The notes under the pieces are model-generated. The model searched no databases. It was not told the origin of the DNA and was given only the letters and a program-made list of their open reading frames with translations. DNA of 63,703 nucleotides, the filler included, from Trichomonas gallinae (lineage: Eukaryota), in NCBI GenBank assembly GCA_008369845.1. It is 6 parts of 6 records of this genome, joined end to end, with 100 filler letters (N's around TTAATTAATTAA, not from the genome) between each part and the next. Parts side by side here need not be neighbours in the genome. Positions count along the whole stretch, not along the records: positions 1 to 13,362 come from MRSU01001199.1; 5 more parts are not named here. One strand, given 5' to 3'. Of the stretch, positions 1 to 9,271 are shown piece by piece (position 1 is the stretch's first letter; each line of letters starts with the position of its first letter). Both the position numbers and the translations under genes were made by a program.

Positions 1-82
1 CTATCTATTTTGTCATATTTGAATAGTTTACGTGTCCTGAGATTAATTGAATGCTCCTGTGAAAAATCTTGTGCCTGTATAT

Positions 83-199
83 CGAAGCTCAAAAAGTGGC
101 TGTATATTTTTATTCTTGCGCCTTCAATTTTGAATCATTTTAAGCATCTTTAATTCAAGTTAAAATTATAACCGTTTCAATTCAAAATTGAATGTTCAA

Positions 200-204
<5 letters not shown>
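83..204. mobile_element. Dispersed 122-bp repeat, copy 1, with a TA-bounded foldback core (111-204); MITE-like
   Basis: Aligns without gaps to 58370-58491 (16 mismatches in 122 by hand). Left arm TATTCTTGcgccTTCAATTTTGAAT (111-135) matches the reverse complement of 180-204 at 22/25. Confidence 0.6.

Positions 205-234
<30 letters not shown>
203..234. repeat. (TA)n microsatellite, ~16 units
   Basis: Perfect TA dinucleotide run abutting the foldback element. Confidence 0.95.
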
Positions 235-237
<3 letters not shown>

Positions 238-267
238 GTCTATGATTACAAAATCGATAGTCAAAAA

Positions 268-1278
268 GTGACGAAACAAATCTTTTATTGTGAAGAAAAG
301 AAAAAACTTAAGCTACATCAAACCACCAATGAATATACTACCACAAAGAATAGATTATTACGTGATTCAGGTATGCTATCATATACTGAAGGAATACACC
401 GCGTTTCAGAGTGCAATTTCGAATCATTAAAATATCATGCGATTTCATTTAATTCAACAAATGATGATAATAAATTATTTACAGAGTTTTGCTACTTTTC
501 TGAAGTCTCAAGTCAAAATGAAAATGGTGGAGCCATTCTCTTTCGAAATCAAGGAGAAGTTATTATAAATAAAGTTTGTGCAAGTAATTGTAAGTGTACA
601 GATAAATCTGGTCATTTTTCATATGCATATGTAACAAATTCATCAGAATTTAAAAATATTCTTAGTTTTTCAAGCATTTCATCATGTGGTATTGCATATA
701 AAGGAATATATGCTTGTTGGTTTGAAAATGGCAAAGCAGAAATAACTGAAACAAATATATCGCGATGCAAAGGTAACTATGCTGGTTTTTATTTTCAATA
801 TGTAAAATATAGCTCAATTGCCAAATTTTCAATTTTAGAAAATGTGACATCGAATCCATCAATTTCACATATGTTTGCATTTTCAAAGAATGAAGAAGGA
901 GTAAAGTGTTGGAAATGTTATTTTAAGGAAAATACAGGATGTTATTTAATTACCTCTAATAGACAACCTCAGCTCATTGTTCAGGATTGCCTTCTCTTTA
1001 AAAATTCCATGAATTATTTATTTCAATGTTTTGAAGCAAATATGACTGTGCTTCATTGTTACTTAGAAAATAATAATATAAAAACGAGTATGACAACAGG
1101 ATCGAGTTCATATTCATTTAACATTAGCCAACTAAACACTCTAAAATTTGATTTAAAAATAAATATTCTTGGTCAAGATTCATGTGATGCTATTCGAATA
1201 TATCTGAGCTACAGGGAGTATCATAAATTTAGTCTAAAACTTTGCTCAATTCTTTCGATTTGCGCATTAAAGTTATGA
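268..1278 (+). CDS. Cys/Asn-rich hypothetical protein, putative beta-helix (Pmp-like GGAI motif); start uncertain
   Basis: 336-aa ORF with NGGAILF and repeated C-x-F-x-x-N motifs; same architecture as 30227-31234. The track start is GTG; the first in-frame ATG is at 373. Confidence 0.6.
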   Translation: MTKQIFYCEEKKKLKLHQTTNEYTTTKNRLLRDSGMLSYTEGIHRVSECNFESLKYHAISFNSTNDDNKLFTEFCYFSEVSSQNENGGAILFRNQGEVIINKVCASNCKCTDKSGHFSYAYVTNSSEFKNILSFSSISSCGIAYKGIYACWFENGKAEITETNISRCKGNYAGFYFQYVKYSSIAKFSILENVTSNPSISHMFAFSKNEEGVKCWKCYFKENTGCYLITSNRQPQLIVQDCLLFKNSMNYLFQCFEANMTVLHCYLENNNIKTSMTTGSSSYSFNISQLNTLKFDLKINILGQDSCDAIRIYLSYREYHKFSLKLCSILSICALKL

Positions 1279-1436
1279 ATAAACAATATTGACTCGAAAG
1301 CATTATTTATTGCTGCATATTTGCATTAATAAAAAAGTTTTTAAAAATCCAAAATTTTAATGGTAATGATAAATGCAATAGTATAGTAAAATAAAATTTG
1401 CTGCAAACAAAGGGAAAAATGAAATAAATATCAAAA

Positions 1437-4400
1437 TCACTTCTTAGAGCTTGTTGTTGATGATAATGATGAAGATTTAGAAATTGAGCTTTCTTCTTTA
1501 TCATCTTTATTATCTTCATCTTTCTTCTCTTCGTTGTTATTCTCCTTCTCTTTGTCTGCATCATCAATGTTGATGAATGAAACTGATCTCTTCGGACTTA
1601 TTTTGTTTTCTTTGTTCTGTGGGTCGTCGTCTTTTTGCTGTGTCTCTTCAGTCTTTGGCTGCGTCTCTTCTGTCTTTGGTTGTAGTTCTTCTGTCTTCGG
1701 TGGGTCGGCCTTCTTCTGTTGTGGTGAGTCGAGACTGTCCTCATCTGTCTTCTTGCCGTCGATGTCACTTTCTTCATCCTCGAAGTCGTTTGTCATCTGG
1801 ATGCATGTCTCCTTCGATTTGACTGTGTCGAGAAGCTTCTCAATCATCATGTACTCTTTGTCGAGTGCTTCGACGATCTTGAATGCCTCGATCGCGATAA
1901 TGTACTGGTACAAGACTTCTGGATGCTTCATCCTCTCAATCCACAGGCCTTCGTATGAGCCTAAAACTCTTTCCCTGAGGACTTCGCCGAATGTGAATAT
2001 GATCAGGATGTAAATTCCGATAAGTGATGTTGTGAATGTTCCAACTGACAGCATCGCATCGTATGTAGGCACTGGCTGCGAGTAGAAGACCATCCTGATT
2101 GTAGCATCTCCGAAGAAGTCGTTCGTATTCTCAGTCACACGTATAAAGCATTTGTTATTCTGGAAAGAGATTGAGTAGTTCTCGTTACCGTATTCTGTCG
2201 TTGGCAGAGAGAACTGGAATATGTGTGCCCTTGGAATATCGACGTATGTCGCAGTTGTTCCGTTCTGTGATGCATAGAAGTCCCTCAGAGAACGTTTCTC
2301 AGCATTCGTGAAGTCTGGTGATGAGTAGTCAGTGACGATCTCTGTTGAAAGCGCGATTGATGTCTCGTATTCGAACATAGTCGTCAACTTCCAGTATGTC
2401 TTCAATGAGTGCGTGTTGTCGATTTCTGCGGACAAGAATGGTAATATTGTGGAATTGGCTTCTGGTATCATCTGGCTCTCGATCGGGAAATCAACGATGA
2501 ACAGAGAACTAGTTTCGAGCTCTTTGAACCAGTCATAGCCTGGGATGTCGATCAATGTGTTCTGCATTGATGTTGTCATAGGCTTGATCTGTCCATAAGA
2601 TTTGTACAAGTATCCGATTGATCCGATTCCCCACTCGAGAGATACGTGGTTTACTGGGTTTGGATTAGTATCGATCTTAGACTTCACCAAGAAGAAAAGT
2701 GGACCAAACAATAAAATGATGATCACCAAGATAATCAGGCCACCTATGATCATGTTGTGCTGTGGCTTCATCTCGCCTTCTTCGTGCTCCTTCCTGTAGT
2801 TATCGACCATCTGGTTCTCAAGATAAAGCTTTAGCTCGTTCATGACGAAGAAGTGCTTGAATGAGACATATGTGGTCCTGGACATCCAAACAAGCAATGT
2901 GTAGATCTCATAAATGAATGGACATAGTTTGACGATGTTGTTGAGGATGACCATCTTGCGTCCTTCCTTCTTGATGTCTGGGAATGAGAAGTTCGCGAAC
3001 AGTTTTCCGCTGAATGTGTCATGGAATATGATCAAGATCGAAACGAACTTGCAGAACATGTAAAAGTTCAGCGCTGAATTCTTCGTCAGGCAGACGATCT
3101 TGAAGAAAAGCAAGACGCATATCACTTGTATCGTGTTGAAGAAAAACAGACCTAAGAAGTTGTTAGATATCCTCAAGAAGTAGTATATCAATATGAATAT
3201 TGCTGAGAAGATGAGTGAGAAAACTAAATAGAGAGAAATTCCTCCTGCATTTGTGTTTGATGATGACCTTGATGATGTTGTCCATCCATCAATTCCAAAT
3301 AACATGATAATGAACGCGAATACATCAATTGCCATGACGATCAAGTACTGTGTTGATGGGAAGATTCTCATTGAGTTCGCTTGTGACTTGATTTGTGACC
3401 AAATTGTTCCGCCTGATTTAGTCGACAAACCGAGGACTCTGTCTGGATTGTCGAAGTTGTAGAAGTATTTGTCTGGGAATCCTTCGAGTTTGTTGTCGCC
3501 GCCGAAAACTGTCTCTGTGTAATGCTTTGGCATGAAAACTGTTGCGTTCTTCAAGTTATCGATGATGAACCAGTTTCCGATCAAGAAGACAAAGATTTCG
3601 ACAATTGAGTCGTCTCCTGGATTGGCGCCGAGCAAGTCGATGAAGTCTACAGATACTTGTGCTCCAGAGACAGAGTTTTGGTAGTCATAGACAAGATTTG
3701 CGATAATGTCGACTGTTGAAACTGCTCTGACAAGCATCATGAGCATCATCAAGAAGTAGAACAATCTGTATTGGTTTGGTTTAGCGTAAAGTTTTGTTCC
3801 GCAGAAGACAACGAAGACATAGAACAGAATTAAAATACTCCAAAGGTTTTGTCTTACGTAGAAGTAGATGACAGAGATCAAAACCAAGAATGGCAGTGAC
3901 AACCTTCTTATAAACAAGCCTAAATATCTCATACATAGTTCAAACATCATTTCTCTGTTCAGAGGAGGGAATCCGAAAATTTCGCCGACAGCAGAAATCT
4001 GGTAAACAATAGATGGAGGAAGCTTCTTGATGAAATTCATTTCGTGGGCCGACAAAGTATATGTTCCTGCAATTCTCATGGCAGATGCATATCTCCTTAA
4101 TATGTTGTGCAAAGAATTCAATGTCAAAACATTGATGCCTGCCTCTGAGTTGATCGGAACAACTTTGATCATTGCCATTAAAAGTCTGTTGAGGATTGGA
4201 TAAAAGATTGACTCCTTGGCCCATTCATAGAATTGTATTATTAATTGTTTCAATGTCTTCTTCTTCTCTTCTTGTTCTTCCTCCTCTTCTTCTTCAGGAT
4301 TATAATTTCCTTCCTCTAATTTCTTCTTCAATTCTTCCTGTTTTTCTTTCTTGTCATCATTCAATTTCTTTTGCGCCAACATCGGCTCTTGATAACTCAT

Positions 4401-7400
4401 TCCTGGGATCATGTTCAACATTGACTTTGACATTCTCGTTGATGATTCTGCAATGCTAAAGATGTCTTCGATCTTTTTAGCTTGCAATCTTTCGACGATT
4501 TCTTGGTTGAGTCTTTCGATGACCTTTAATTGTCTGACTCTTATGAACCTGAAGGCCAATCTTTGGACGGATTCTTTCCTGCACTGCTGGAACATGGGAG
4601 TCTCCATTACGTGTATAACCAAAGACTCAAGAGAGAACAAAATGATCCACCAATATTCAGAAGCTGAATCTCCCTGGAAAGGAAGACCGAACAAAGAAGT
4701 CATCCACTTGCCCATTCCTTTGTCGATGAAATAAGGAATTCTAGAAATCCACCTGGCCAAAATGACAAGGAAAATACCCCAAAGGTGGATGGAAATTGTC
4801 TTGTGGCTGTCGAAGTTGAATAACAAAGTGGCGAAGAATAATGATCCTACCAACAAGAAGAAGAAAATTCCATCCACTGTAGGAATGAAAATAGAAACAC
4901 CAATGGCAATTGTTTCGATGATCTCGAAAATATTTGTGCAGATGAATAAAACGATTGTTTGCATCCATTTTGGTAAATCATTGAATGCCATGTCATATGA
5001 TATAGCGAGCTCTCTGAACTGCAAATAGAATGTCAAGATGAAGGCAGTGACCATGTTAGTCAACAAAGCTGGGATTTCGATGTTCTTCAGAGAGAAGAAT
5101 TCTAGCCACAAATCCCATTTTTCGTCGAAATTCTCGAGAAGACTCCACGTCGCGTGTTTCGGCAAACCGAGCCACACCATGTACTGGAACACGAAGCAGC
5201 AGTTGAACAAGAATGTGATCATTATCGCACCGCGTTTAAGAACCTCTGACTTGAACTGGACGATGTTCAAAATGATGTAAGAGAACAAACCGAAAATTGT
5301 CGGGTTATATAATGTTGATATACAGAGCGAAATATTGACGAAAACTGGCAGCCAATTGTGCAGCATAGAATAGAAGGCCCTGTACAACCTCATAGGCAGG
5401 CAGTTGTCGAATTTAGGATCTGTCGGCTCAGCATGTTCGGCAATAATATTTAATATAGAAACTAAAATGAACAAAAGCTGCCAAGTCATTGAAGAGTTTC
5501 TCTGCTCGATTGTATATGGTCCGTCGACGAAATAGAGGCCTATGTACTCTAATATATTCCTCTGCTTCTCAAATTGCTCTGGGAAAATTTCGATATACAT
5601 TTCTACGAACAAAAAGACCATGTTGAACAATAACTGGCCCTTAACCATCTTGTTGAAGAGTCTGGCGACCTTTGAACCCAAAAGGAAGAAGATTGAAATA
5701 ATTAATTTAATAATTGTTGGGTAATCATTGGCAATCGAGAAGAAGAACATGAAGATCCACGAAATGTAGAAGTAAAATGAACGTAAAGCGGCCTTAATTT
5801 CTTCTAAAATTCCTTTCGTATAAATTCCTTGCTTAGAATAAGTAACTGAGAGGTTCCTGTACGTCAATGAGATGGTGAACTGTGTAATGGCGAGTAAAAC
5901 AGACTCTTTTCCTGGCTTTGTAGGAATCGAGATATCAACAACAGCCTTTGGAAGCAGTTCTGACAAGAAATTCCTTGTCTGCTCGTATTCAGAAAGCATA
6001 AGAAGACCCTGGTGAAGCGAAACAGTGAAGCCAGAGAAACAAATTGCAATTTTGAGCAAATTAATCTGACTTAAGACCTGGCAATAGAAAATCCATATGC
6101 CAACAATCAAGTAGGCCAAGGAGAAAACGTTAAACTTGAATAAATACAAATATAAAATATGCAACAAGCACAAAAACCAGAAAAGAAGGACAGTTCCTGT
6201 TGGTGGCAGCGTGAAAATGCATGATTCCATGTTGGTGATGACAACTGTCAGGAATAGAATGACCATATATGGCCACAAGTATTCAATCAGAGATGCTTCT
6301 CCTTCAGGAATGGCTAAACCTGTCTTTTTGAGGAAGTTTTCGATGCTCTTGAAGTCAAGAACGTTGGCTTCGAAGAATGTTGCTGTAATAATTGTAATTC
6401 CGACGAAGAATTTGATAAATTCGAAAATAACTCTGTTATATAAACCAAGAACTGAAATGCAAAGAGCGATGACCCAAACGCAGTGGAAAATGATCTTATT
6501 TTCAGCATAGCCGTAAGTCAAAGCTAAAATGATGATTGCAGCCGCTGTTAAGTACTTAAAGATCTGAACAACGATGTAAACGATCCACTTGAAGATCAAT
6601 TTGATGATTCTTATCCAGAATGGAGTCTCTTTCTCTTTCTTTTCTACTGGATCAAGATTTTCTTCATCATCTAAGCTCGTTGAGTCATCTTTGTAGTGAA
6701 TAATACGACCGATTTGGGCCAACAAGGCAGCCAGGAAGAAGCCGAGAACTGTATAGTTGAAATGGTCGTTATAATGATACAAACCAAATTCTTTGAGCCT
6801 TGTAAGCGTTTTAGTATCGGATCCGTCTGCATTTTGTAGTTTGGAAATCGGATATAAGTCAGCGATTGTCACATAAATGACAGAAAAGCCAAGATTGTGA
6901 ACAATCGATATTATTCTGAAGAAAACGTGTTTTGCGGCGTTGAGGTTGAAAAATGCTGTGATGTAGACAATGATGATCCACAAAACGGAGATGTAGCATG
7001 GGAAATAAACGGAATAAATTAAAACGCAAACGAAAGCGCAAACCAAAACGAAATCTGATGCATTCACCAAGAACTCTGGGATCTTTGGAGCCTTTCCATG
7101 ACGTTGGAATGCGAAACAAAGCTGTGTTGAGAGCCAAATTTGAATAATATTCACAGAAAGCACAATGTAGTCGTATTTTCTGTTCGCAAGCATCTTAAAC
7201 TTGATCTGCTTCGAGATAGAGTACTGCTGGCCGATGTAGGATACCTGGAAGAACAAGTACATCGAATATAAAATTGCGTAGCCGTAAACGAAGTATTGGA
7301 CGATGTGTGGCACGCAGGGTCTACCTAATATGCCCATAGTAATCGAAATATATAGGAAATAGATGAGCAACGGCATGAATAAGTATGATGTATTCGATGC

Positions 7401-8027
7401 ACCGGCGTAGGCTAAGCAGAACGTCCAAATGAAGTCAGCTGAGAAGATCCAACCCATGGAAGAGAAGAATATCGACCTGAAATAGATCATTTGCTCAGGC
7501 TTTGTCTTAGTTATCAAAATTGCTGCAACTAATTCAAGGAAAACAGCAATCGAGGATATAATAATCGTCAACTTTGGCGATTTCACGACAGTGTTATTGA
7601 AGTCTAAGCCAAAAAGACGAATTACTTTGTTAGTTTTTGCATCTGCGCGGTAACCAATGGTAGAAGCGCACGCAAGAAGGATAATATTGTATATAAGCTC
7701 GACAGATAATATAGCTTTATGACCTGTAATGCTTGTTTTCGTAAGATTTGTGATGATAACATTAACAACTAAGATAATTATATTGAGAAGACCCATAATT
7801 GACTGTGTTGTGATAGAGTTTATCAGATAACAAATGGGAAGAACAAGTTCTAACAACACAATCGTCAAAATAGGGAATAAGATATTGTCTTTCTTCTTCT
7901 TCTTAGTTTGAGCGTTATTGTAAGTCACAGCTTGTGGCACATTCTCCGGATTGTTGAAATCATCAGCTCCAGAAGCTGTTGTCGTTGATGGCTCACTAGA
8001 AAGTTCAATACTTGATGAGTCATCCAT
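1437..8027 (-). CDS. PIEZO: Piezo-type mechanosensitive ion channel (~2196 aa)
   Basis: Very large polytopic protein with the Piezo C-terminal module in order: anchor motif CPFIYEIYTLLVW (PFxxE-x6-W), outer helix IIGGLIILVIIILLFGPLFF, ~200-aa cap, inner helix LIGIYILIIFTFGEVLR, then EALDKEYMMIEKL. Start placed at MDDSSS (ATG at 8027). Confidence 0.85.
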   Translation of the reverse strand: MDDSSSIELSSEPSTTTASGADDFNNPENVPQAVTYNNAQTKKKKKDNILFPILTIVLLELVLPICYLINSITTQSIMGLLNIIILVVNVIITNLTKTSITGHKAILSVELIYNIILLACASTIGYRADAKTNKVIRLFGLDFNNTVVKSPKLTIIISSIAVFLELVAAILITKTKPEQMIYFRSIFFSSMGWIFSADFIWTFCLAYAGASNTSYLFMPLLIYFLYISITMGILGRPCVPHIVQYFVYGYAILYSMYLFFQVSYIGQQYSISKQIKFKMLANRKYDYIVLSVNIIQIWLSTQLCFAFQRHGKAPKIPEFLVNASDFVLVCAFVCVLIYSVYFPCYISVLWIIIVYITAFFNLNAAKHVFFRIISIVHNLGFSVIYVTIADLYPISKLQNADGSDTKTLTRLKEFGLYHYNDHFNYTVLGFFLAALLAQIGRIIHYKDDSTSLDDEENLDPVEKKEKETPFWIRIIKLIFKWIVYIVVQIFKYLTAAAIIILALTYGYAENKIIFHCVWVIALCISVLGLYNRVIFEFIKFFVGITIITATFFEANVLDFKSIENFLKKTGLAIPEGEASLIEYLWPYMVILFLTVVITNMESCIFTLPPTGTVLLFWFLCLLHILYLYLFKFNVFSLAYLIVGIWIFYCQVLSQINLLKIAICFSGFTVSLHQGLLMLSEYEQTRNFLSELLPKAVVDISIPTKPGKESVLLAITQFTISLTYRNLSVTYSKQGIYTKGILEEIKAALRSFYFYISWIFMFFFSIANDYPTIIKLIISIFFLLGSKVARLFNKMVKGQLLFNMVFLFVEMYIEIFPEQFEKQRNILEYIGLYFVDGPYTIEQRNSSMTWQLLFILVSILNIIAEHAEPTDPKFDNCLPMRLYRAFYSMLHNWLPVFVNISLCISTLYNPTIFGLFSYIILNIVQFKSEVLKRGAIMITFLFNCCFVFQYMVWLGLPKHATWSLLENFDEKWDLWLEFFSLKNIEIPALLTNMVTAFILTFYLQFRELAISYDMAFNDLPKWMQTIVLFICTNIFEIIETIAIGVSIFIPTVDGIFFFLLVGSLFFATLLFNFDSHKTISIHLWGIFLVILARWISRIPYFIDKGMGKWMTSLFGLPFQGDSASEYWWIILFSLESLVIHVMETPMFQQCRKESVQRLAFRFIRVRQLKVIERLNQEIVERLQAKKIEDIFSIAESSTRMSKSMLNMIPGMSYQEPMLAQKKLNDDKKEKQEELKKKLEEGNYNPEEEEEEEQEEKKKTLKQLIIQFYEWAKESIFYPILNRLLMAMIKVVPINSEAGINVLTLNSLHNILRRYASAMRIAGTYTLSAHEMNFIKKLPPSIVYQISAVGEIFGFPPLNREMMFELCMRYLGLFIRRLSLPFLVLISVIYFYVRQNLWSILILFYVFVVFCGTKLYAKPNQYRLFYFLMMLMMLVRAVSTVDIIANLVYDYQNSVSGAQVSVDFIDLLGANPGDDSIVEIFVFLIGNWFIIDNLKNATVFMPKHYTETVFGGDNKLEGFPDKYFYNFDNPDRVLGLSTKSGGTIWSQIKSQANSMRIFPSTQYLIVMAIDVFAFIIMLFGIDGWTTSSRSSSNTNAGGISLYLVFSLIFSAIFILIYYFLRISNNFLGLFFFNTIQVICVLLFFKIVCLTKNSALNFYMFCKFVSILIIFHDTFSGKLFANFSFPDIKKEGRKMVILNNIVKLCPFIYEIYTLLVWMSRTTYVSFKHFFVMNELKLYLENQMVDNYRKEHEEGEMKPQHNMIIGGLIILVIIILLFGPLFFLVKSKIDTNPNPVNHVSLEWGIGSIGYLYKSYGQIKPMTTSMQNTLIDIPGYDWFKELETSSLFIVDFPIESQMIPEANSTILPFLSAEIDNTHSLKTYWKLTTMFEYETSIALSTEIVTDYSSPDFTNAEKRSLRDFYASQNGTTATYVDIPRAHIFQFSLPTTEYGNENYSISFQNNKCFIRVTENTNDFFGDATIRMVFYSQPVPTYDAMLSVGTFTTSLIGIYILIIFTFGEVLRERVLGSYEGLWIERMKHPEVLYQYIIAIEAFKIVEALDKEYMMIEKLLDTVKSKETCIQMTNDFEDEESDIDGKKTDEDSLDSPQQKKADPPKTEELQPKTEETQPKTEETQQKDDDPQNKENKISPKRSVSFINIDDADKEKENNNEEKKDEDNKDDKEESSISKSSSLSSTTSSKK
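1639..1701 (-). repeat. 3 x 21-bp coding tandem repeat, PKTEE(L/T)Q, in the Piezo tail
   Basis: Units 1639-1659, 1660-1680 and 1681-1701. Confidence 0.9.
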
Positions 8028-8165
8028 TTTTTTTTTATTTTTGTTTTTATTCTTTTTAATTATGTCACATTTCATCTATTTAAGCTATATATATTATATT
8101 ATTTAACAAAGTAATTGAGAGGAAATAATTGAATATTGTTTTGAAATTATTGAGTGAGTTCTTTC

Positions 8166-8384
8166 AAAACTTTTTTATTTGTTATCAAATCAAAAACGCC
8201 CAATTTTATTAAAATATTTACTTTTATCATATAAATAATACATATCTTAAAATAATTTTGTTATCAAAACAATATTGTCCAATTTTCTCATGATATTTAT
8301 ATATAAGCTATAAACAATATATATACTAAAAACTACTTTTTTATTTGTTATCAAAATCAAAATGCTTGATTTTATGAAAATACT
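8166..8384. repeat. Degenerate ~80-87-bp tandem repeat (3 copies) upstream of Piezo
   Basis: GTTATCAAA core starts at 8181, 8260 and 8347; copies 1 and 3 share ACTTTTTTATTTGTTATCAAA. Confidence 0.6.
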
Positions 8385-9271
8385 AAATAATATACAATAA
8401 TATGTTCATATCTGTAAATAAATTCGTTTTTTGATATTTTGTGGAAGATCTGGCCAAAATGTATATGTGTAATATTGTTTTATTTAGTTTAATTTTTTTT
8501 TTTTTCTTTATTTAATGCCTCAAAAGTGTCGTGTAATTTTTGTTCCCATAACTTTTTTTTTACTTCCATTCAAATATCTCCCAATTTTTTTTTATTTTAT
8601 AATCATGATTTCTTTACGTTTAATATATAATAATCAACAAAAAAAATTATATTTTTATTACCAAATTTCAAAATATTTTGTATATAGAATACATATATAT
8701 AGAACATTTATTTGCCAAAATTTCACGCTCCAAAAAATTTTGTAACATAATCTTAAATTTTATATCAAAACATTCCGTTTGATTATATAGTTTTTAATAA
8801 ACTAAAAGAAATGAAAAAGAAATGTTACCAAAATTATTCCAATTTCTTTAGATGCTTTATAGACCTAGTGTTTGTATTAATTTATTTCTTATAAGAGAAA
8901 TATATTAAATATGTAAATAGTAGTAGTTATTGTCATTAGTTTTTATGTTGATGCAATAGTCAATAACAACATAGAACAAGAAAAGATTTACCAAACATTT
9001 CGTAAACGATTTTGATCATAATAATATATATGTTGTTATGTATTACAAAGGCTAAAATTCATTTTATAAAATAACGAAATTATATAAACTTATCGATAAA
9101 CAGCGAATAGCTTTAAATTAAATTGCTATGGTATAAATTATATAATTACAAGTTCATGGCCACTGAAAACGAAATAACTTTTTTTGGATATTTTATATTC
9201 AAAGAAAAATCACTAGAATGTGAAAAGTAATTTATTTTTTACAGTAAAAGTATGTATTATGTAGGAAAAAT

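Noticed and set aside
371..376. GTATGC as a possible 5' splice site
   Set aside because: No downstream ACTAAC..CAG branch/acceptor motif, and the ORF is uninterrupted.
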